Assembly: GCA_034717215.1 (NCBI GenBank)
Contig: JAYELD010000015.1
Location: forward strand, 1-49,023
Length of the DNA: 49,023 bases
Direction of reading: 5' to 3'
From: Caldisericota bacterium
GTDB taxonomy: Bacteria > Caldisericota > Caldisericia > Caldisericales > Caldisericaceae
Positions within the stretch are counted from its first letter, which is position 1; each line of letters begins with the position of its first letter. Positions 46,033 through 49,023 of the stretch are shown piece by piece. A model generated the notes under the pieces. It was not told the origin of the DNA and ran no database searches. It saw nothing but the letters and a program-made list of their open reading frames with translations. A program made the translations under genes and the position numbers.

Positions 46033-47221
46033 AGTCCTTCTAATCGTGACTGGCAGTGTTGGAGCTTACAAGGCTGTTGAGATACTAAGGACTTTAAGAG
46101 ATTTAAATATAGACGTCAGGGTTATCTTGACTGAGGGAGCAGAAAAGTTTATTTCCGCGCTAACCTTCTCTTCTTCTGGTGCAGAAAAGGTTTTTACAGA
46201 GCAGGATCAATTCTCGGTCGATGACGAAGGTGTATCTGCACATATTTCATTATCAAGATGGGCTGATTGTATTCTTATAGCACCCGCTACTGCAAATACA
46301 ATTGCTAAGATACTGGCTGGTATTGCAGATAATCTTGTATTGTCCACAATTTTAGCCTCCAAAAAACAGATATTTATTGCCCCCTGTATGAACACAAACA
46401 TGTTTGAAAATTCAATTACACAAAGAAATATCAATGCGTTAAAAGAGCACGGAGTGATATTTATCGGACCAGAAGAAGGAAAACTTGCTGATTTTTCTGT
46501 GGGGTTAGGCCGACTTACCGATCCAGAAAAAATAGCACAGTTTGTTGTTTCATTTATGAATAAAGATACTGAATTATTCAAAGGAAAGAGGTTTGTCGTT
46601 ACTGCCGGTCCTACAAGAGAATATCTTGACCCAATAAGATTTGTTACAAATGATTCTTCAGGAAAGATGGGAACTGAAATTGCAAAAGAAGCAAAACGAA
46701 TGGGAGGATATGTACATTTAATTTGCGGCCCCTCTTGTGTTGATGCGATTGGATTGGATAAAATAGATAAAATTACGACGACAGAAGAGCTGTTTAAAAA
46801 GACAAAAAAAGCTATGGAAGACAGTGATATTTTAATAATGTCTGCTGCCCCTGCAGATTTTAAGCCAGAAATTGTGCAACCAGGCAAGATCAAAAAAATA
46901 TCACAGCTTAATGTTAAATTTCTCAAAACGATTGATATCATAAAAGAAATTGGGAAACATAAAAATAATAAAATTATCGTAGGTTTCGCACTGCAGACTA
47001 AAGATATAGAAAAAAATGCAGTGGAAAAGATGTGCGATAAAAAAATGGATATAGCTATTGCAAACAGCAATTTAAACATAGGACAAGATTATGGAAGTGT
47101 TTTAATTATCGATAAAACAGGTAGAAAAAAAGTTGTCCGGAATGAAACAAAGCAAAAAATCGCAAGAGAAATTTTAATATTTTTAAAAGAGTTTTTGGGA
47201 AAGGAGAGGGGAAATGGTTAG
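46016..47221 (+). CDS. coaBC: Bifunctional phosphopantothenoylcysteine decarboxylase / synthetase
   Basis: N-terminal flavoprotein domain (VLLIVTGSVGAYKAVEILRTL, LIAPATANTIAKILAGIADN) and a C-terminal DFP domain (VTAGPTREYLDPIRFVTNDSSGKMG). Confidence 0.9.
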   Translation: MMKKNKVLLIVTGSVGAYKAVEILRTLRDLNIDVRVILTEGAEKFISALTFSSSGAEKVFTEQDQFSVDDEGVSAHISLSRWADCILIAPATANTIAKILAGIADNLVLSTILASKKQIFIAPCMNTNMFENSITQRNINALKEHGVIFIGPEEGKLADFSVGLGRLTDPEKIAQFVVSFMNKDTELFKGKRFVVTAGPTREYLDPIRFVTNDSSGKMGTEIAKEAKRMGGYVHLICGPSCVDAIGLDKIDKITTTEELFKKTKKAMEDSDILIMSAAPADFKPEIVQPGKIKKISQLNVKFLKTIDIIKEIGKHKNNKIIVGFALQTKDIEKNAVEKMCDKKMDIAIANSNLNIGQDYGSVLIIDKTGRKKVVRNETKQKIAREILIFLKEFLGKERGNG

Positions 47222-48404
47222 AAATGGAAGACAAAGATTTGTTACCACAGAATCTGTGACAGAAGGTCATCCGGATAAACTTGCGGATCAAATTTCCGAT
47301 AAAGTACTTGATGAAATTATCCGAAAGGATCACAAGGCAAGAGTGGCCTGCGAAACATATGTAACACATGGTTTAATCATTGTTGGCGGCGAAATTACAA
47401 CTTCTGCGTGGGCTGATATTGCTGGAATTGCAAGAAGCACAATCAAAGATGTAGGATACATTGACCCCAAATACGGTTTCGATTATCACACCTGTGGTGT
47501 TCTTAATGCAGTAGGACGGCAATCTCCAGACATCGCACAAGGTGTAAATAAAGGTGGAGCAGGAGATCAAGGGGTTATGTATGGTTATGCAATCAATGAA
47601 ACCGATGTACTTATGCCGCTTCCAATTGTTATCGCACATAAACTCACTGAGCAGCTTGCAAGGGTAAGAAGAACAGGTAGTCCAATAAATAATATTGGAC
47701 CGTTCCTTGGCCCTGACGGTAAAGCTCAGATTACTTTAAGATACGAGGAAGGTAGAGCAATAGAGGCAACAAATATTGTTATATCCACTCAACATACCGA
47801 GGAACTGCTTGACGAAAAAGATCCATTACAAATGTCACTCGAGGCACGCCAAAGAATCATAGACGCAATAGCAATGCCTGTTATACCAAGTTATCTCATC
47901 ACTGACAACACACACTTCCATGTTAATCCCACGGGGAAATTTATCGTAGGTGGCCCTCAATCTGATACTGGAATGACTGGCCGAAAACTTGAAGTTGATA
48001 CATATGGCGGCATGGCTCCTCATGGGGGTGGTGCATTTTCGGGGAAAGATCCAACAAAAGTAGATAGATCAGCAACCTATATGATGCGTTATCTTGCAAA
48101 GAACATTGTTGCAGCTGGACTAGCGCAGGAATGCCTTATCCAGGCTGCTTATATTATTGGAGAAGTTCAACCTGTTTCATTCACTGTAGATACATTTGGT
48201 ACGGGAAAAGTCAACGATAAATTGCTTGAAAAAACTGTTATGAAGTTTGTCGATCTTTCGCCAAGAGGAATTATCAAAAAACTTAACCTTCTCAGACCAA
48301 TCTACCAAAAAACTGCTTCATACGGGCATTTTGGAAGAAATGAGCCTGAATTTACCTGGGAGAAAACTGATCTTATAGAATTATTACAAAAAAAACTTGG
48401 ATAA
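47214..48404 (+). CDS. metK: S-adenosylmethionine synthetase
   Basis: TTESVTEGHPDKLADQISD, GAGDQGVMYGYA, GGPQSDTGMTGRKLEVDTYGG and GGGAFSGKDPTKVDRSA motifs. Confidence 0.95.
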   Translation: MVRNGRQRFVTTESVTEGHPDKLADQISDKVLDEIIRKDHKARVACETYVTHGLIIVGGEITTSAWADIAGIARSTIKDVGYIDPKYGFDYHTCGVLNAVGRQSPDIAQGVNKGGAGDQGVMYGYAINETDVLMPLPIVIAHKLTEQLARVRRTGSPINNIGPFLGPDGKAQITLRYEEGRAIEATNIVISTQHTEELLDEKDPLQMSLEARQRIIDAIAMPVIPSYLITDNTHFHVNPTGKFIVGGPQSDTGMTGRKLEVDTYGGMAPHGGGAFSGKDPTKVDRSATYMMRYLAKNIVAAGLAQECLIQAAYIIGEVQPVSFTVDTFGTGKVNDKLLEKTVMKFVDLSPRGIIKKLNLLRPIYQKTASYGHFGRNEPEFTWEKTDLIELLQKKLG

Positions 48405-48411
48405 CAACATA

Positions 48412-49023
48412 TTGTACGGGGGTATCGTAATTGATGGACTTGTTCTGAACAAGGATCTATTCTATTATAAAATTCCCCGTTCTTTGGTTAATACCGTTCA
48501 AATAGGTAGCAGAGTTGCAGTGCCATTTACCGGAAAAAACGAACTTCATTCAGGATTCGTATTCGATATACGGAAAACTCCTCCTCACGATACTCGAAAA
48601 GTAAAAGCAATTTCAGATATAATTGAAGAGCCGCTATTTGGGAAAAACATAAGAGACCTCTTTATATTTACTGCAACACAATATCTTTTGCCATTGCATT
48701 TTCTTGTCAATCAATACATAAAAACCATAGGAGTAAAACGGTTAGAAAAATATATACAGTACACACCGGATCTTAAAAAATTTAACAAATCTTTACAAGA
48801 AGAAAATGGCATTAAAAGAGAGCTTATTGATTACCTTGCTGAAAATAAACTTTGTTCTTTATCGTCCATTAAGAAAAATTTCGGCTGTACAGCCTTGCAG
48901 CTCATAAAAGATTTAGAACAGATTGATCTTATTAAACGTATTACGTTAGAGACAGGAAAAACTACTAAATATCTGGTTCTTGCACATAGCGAAAAAGAAA
49001 CAGAAAAAATGCTGGACAGTATA
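48412..49023 (+). CDS. priA: Primosomal protein N' (PriA), 5' partial, runs off the right edge
   Basis: Open frame from TTG 48412 to the window end. LFYYKIPRSLVNTVQIGSRVAVPFTGKNELHSGFVF matches the PriA N-terminal 3'-DNA-binding domain pattern (Y.vP..l...v..G.rV.VPfg). Confidence 0.6.
   Translation, partial: MYGGIVIDGLVLNKDLFYYKIPRSLVNTVQIGSRVAVPFTGKNELHSGFVFDIRKTPPHDTRKVKAISDIIEEPLFGKNIRDLFIFTATQYLLPLHFLVNQYIKTIGVKRLEKYIQYTPDLKKFNKSLQEENGIKRELIDYLAENKLCSLSSIKKNFGCTALQLIKDLEQIDLIKRITLETGKTTKYLVLAHSEKETEKMLDSI

Noticed and set aside
1-49023. CRISPR arrays, rRNA genes, IS elements, or group II intron / retron-like structures
   Set aside because: Reading through every intergenic region longer than 100 nt showed no regularly spaced direct repeats, terminal inverted repeats, transposase-like ORFs or reverse-transcriptase motifs.

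Overview
Visibly AT-rich bacterial chromosomal segment using the standard code (TGA, TAA and TAG all terminate genes; GGAGG-type Shine-Dalgarno sites). Genes are tightly packed and often overlap by 1-17 nt. The gene content suggests an anaerobic, peptide-fermenting organism. Left to right: a Na+-pumping biotin decarboxylase operon (mmdA-D-C-B type) preceded by birA; moaB; a ROK kinase; a tyrosine recombinase; a six-gene translationally coupled operon (Phd/YefM-like, degenerate MocA-like, NitT/TauT-type ABC importer with a TOBE-like ATPase tail, DUF364); an RNase J-like beta-CASP protein; HtrA; a ClC channel; an operon of three M42 aminopeptidase paralogs plus tungsten-type aldehyde:ferredoxin oxidoreductase; an ABC system with no binding-protein gene (TIGR04076, duplicated permease, ATPase, AAA-associated domain, ndk); a PLD-family protein; a short cytoplasmic reductive-dehalogenase homolog; oppABCDF; thiI coupled to a stand-alone NurA nuclease; a DUF401 permease; tRNA-Ser(GGA); DUF2784; hpf-secA-prfB; yitT-ftsE-ftsX-M23; rpoZ-coaBC-metK; and the priA 5' end. 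No CRISPR array, rRNA or recognisable transposon was seen. Most notable observations: (1) prfB has its regulatory UGA at codon 25, but the rest of RF2 continues in the same frame, so full-length RF2 seems to need UGA read-through rather than the classical +1 frameshift. (2) The Phd-like / pseudo-MocA / chimeric ABC / DUF364 operon lies beside a recombinase and near moaB and AOR. (3) A promoter-to-terminator unit between oppF and thiI looks like a structured small RNA with a CCUCC motif, antisense to a 17-codon ORF with a perfect RBS. All functional calls come from reading motifs by eye. No database search was run.
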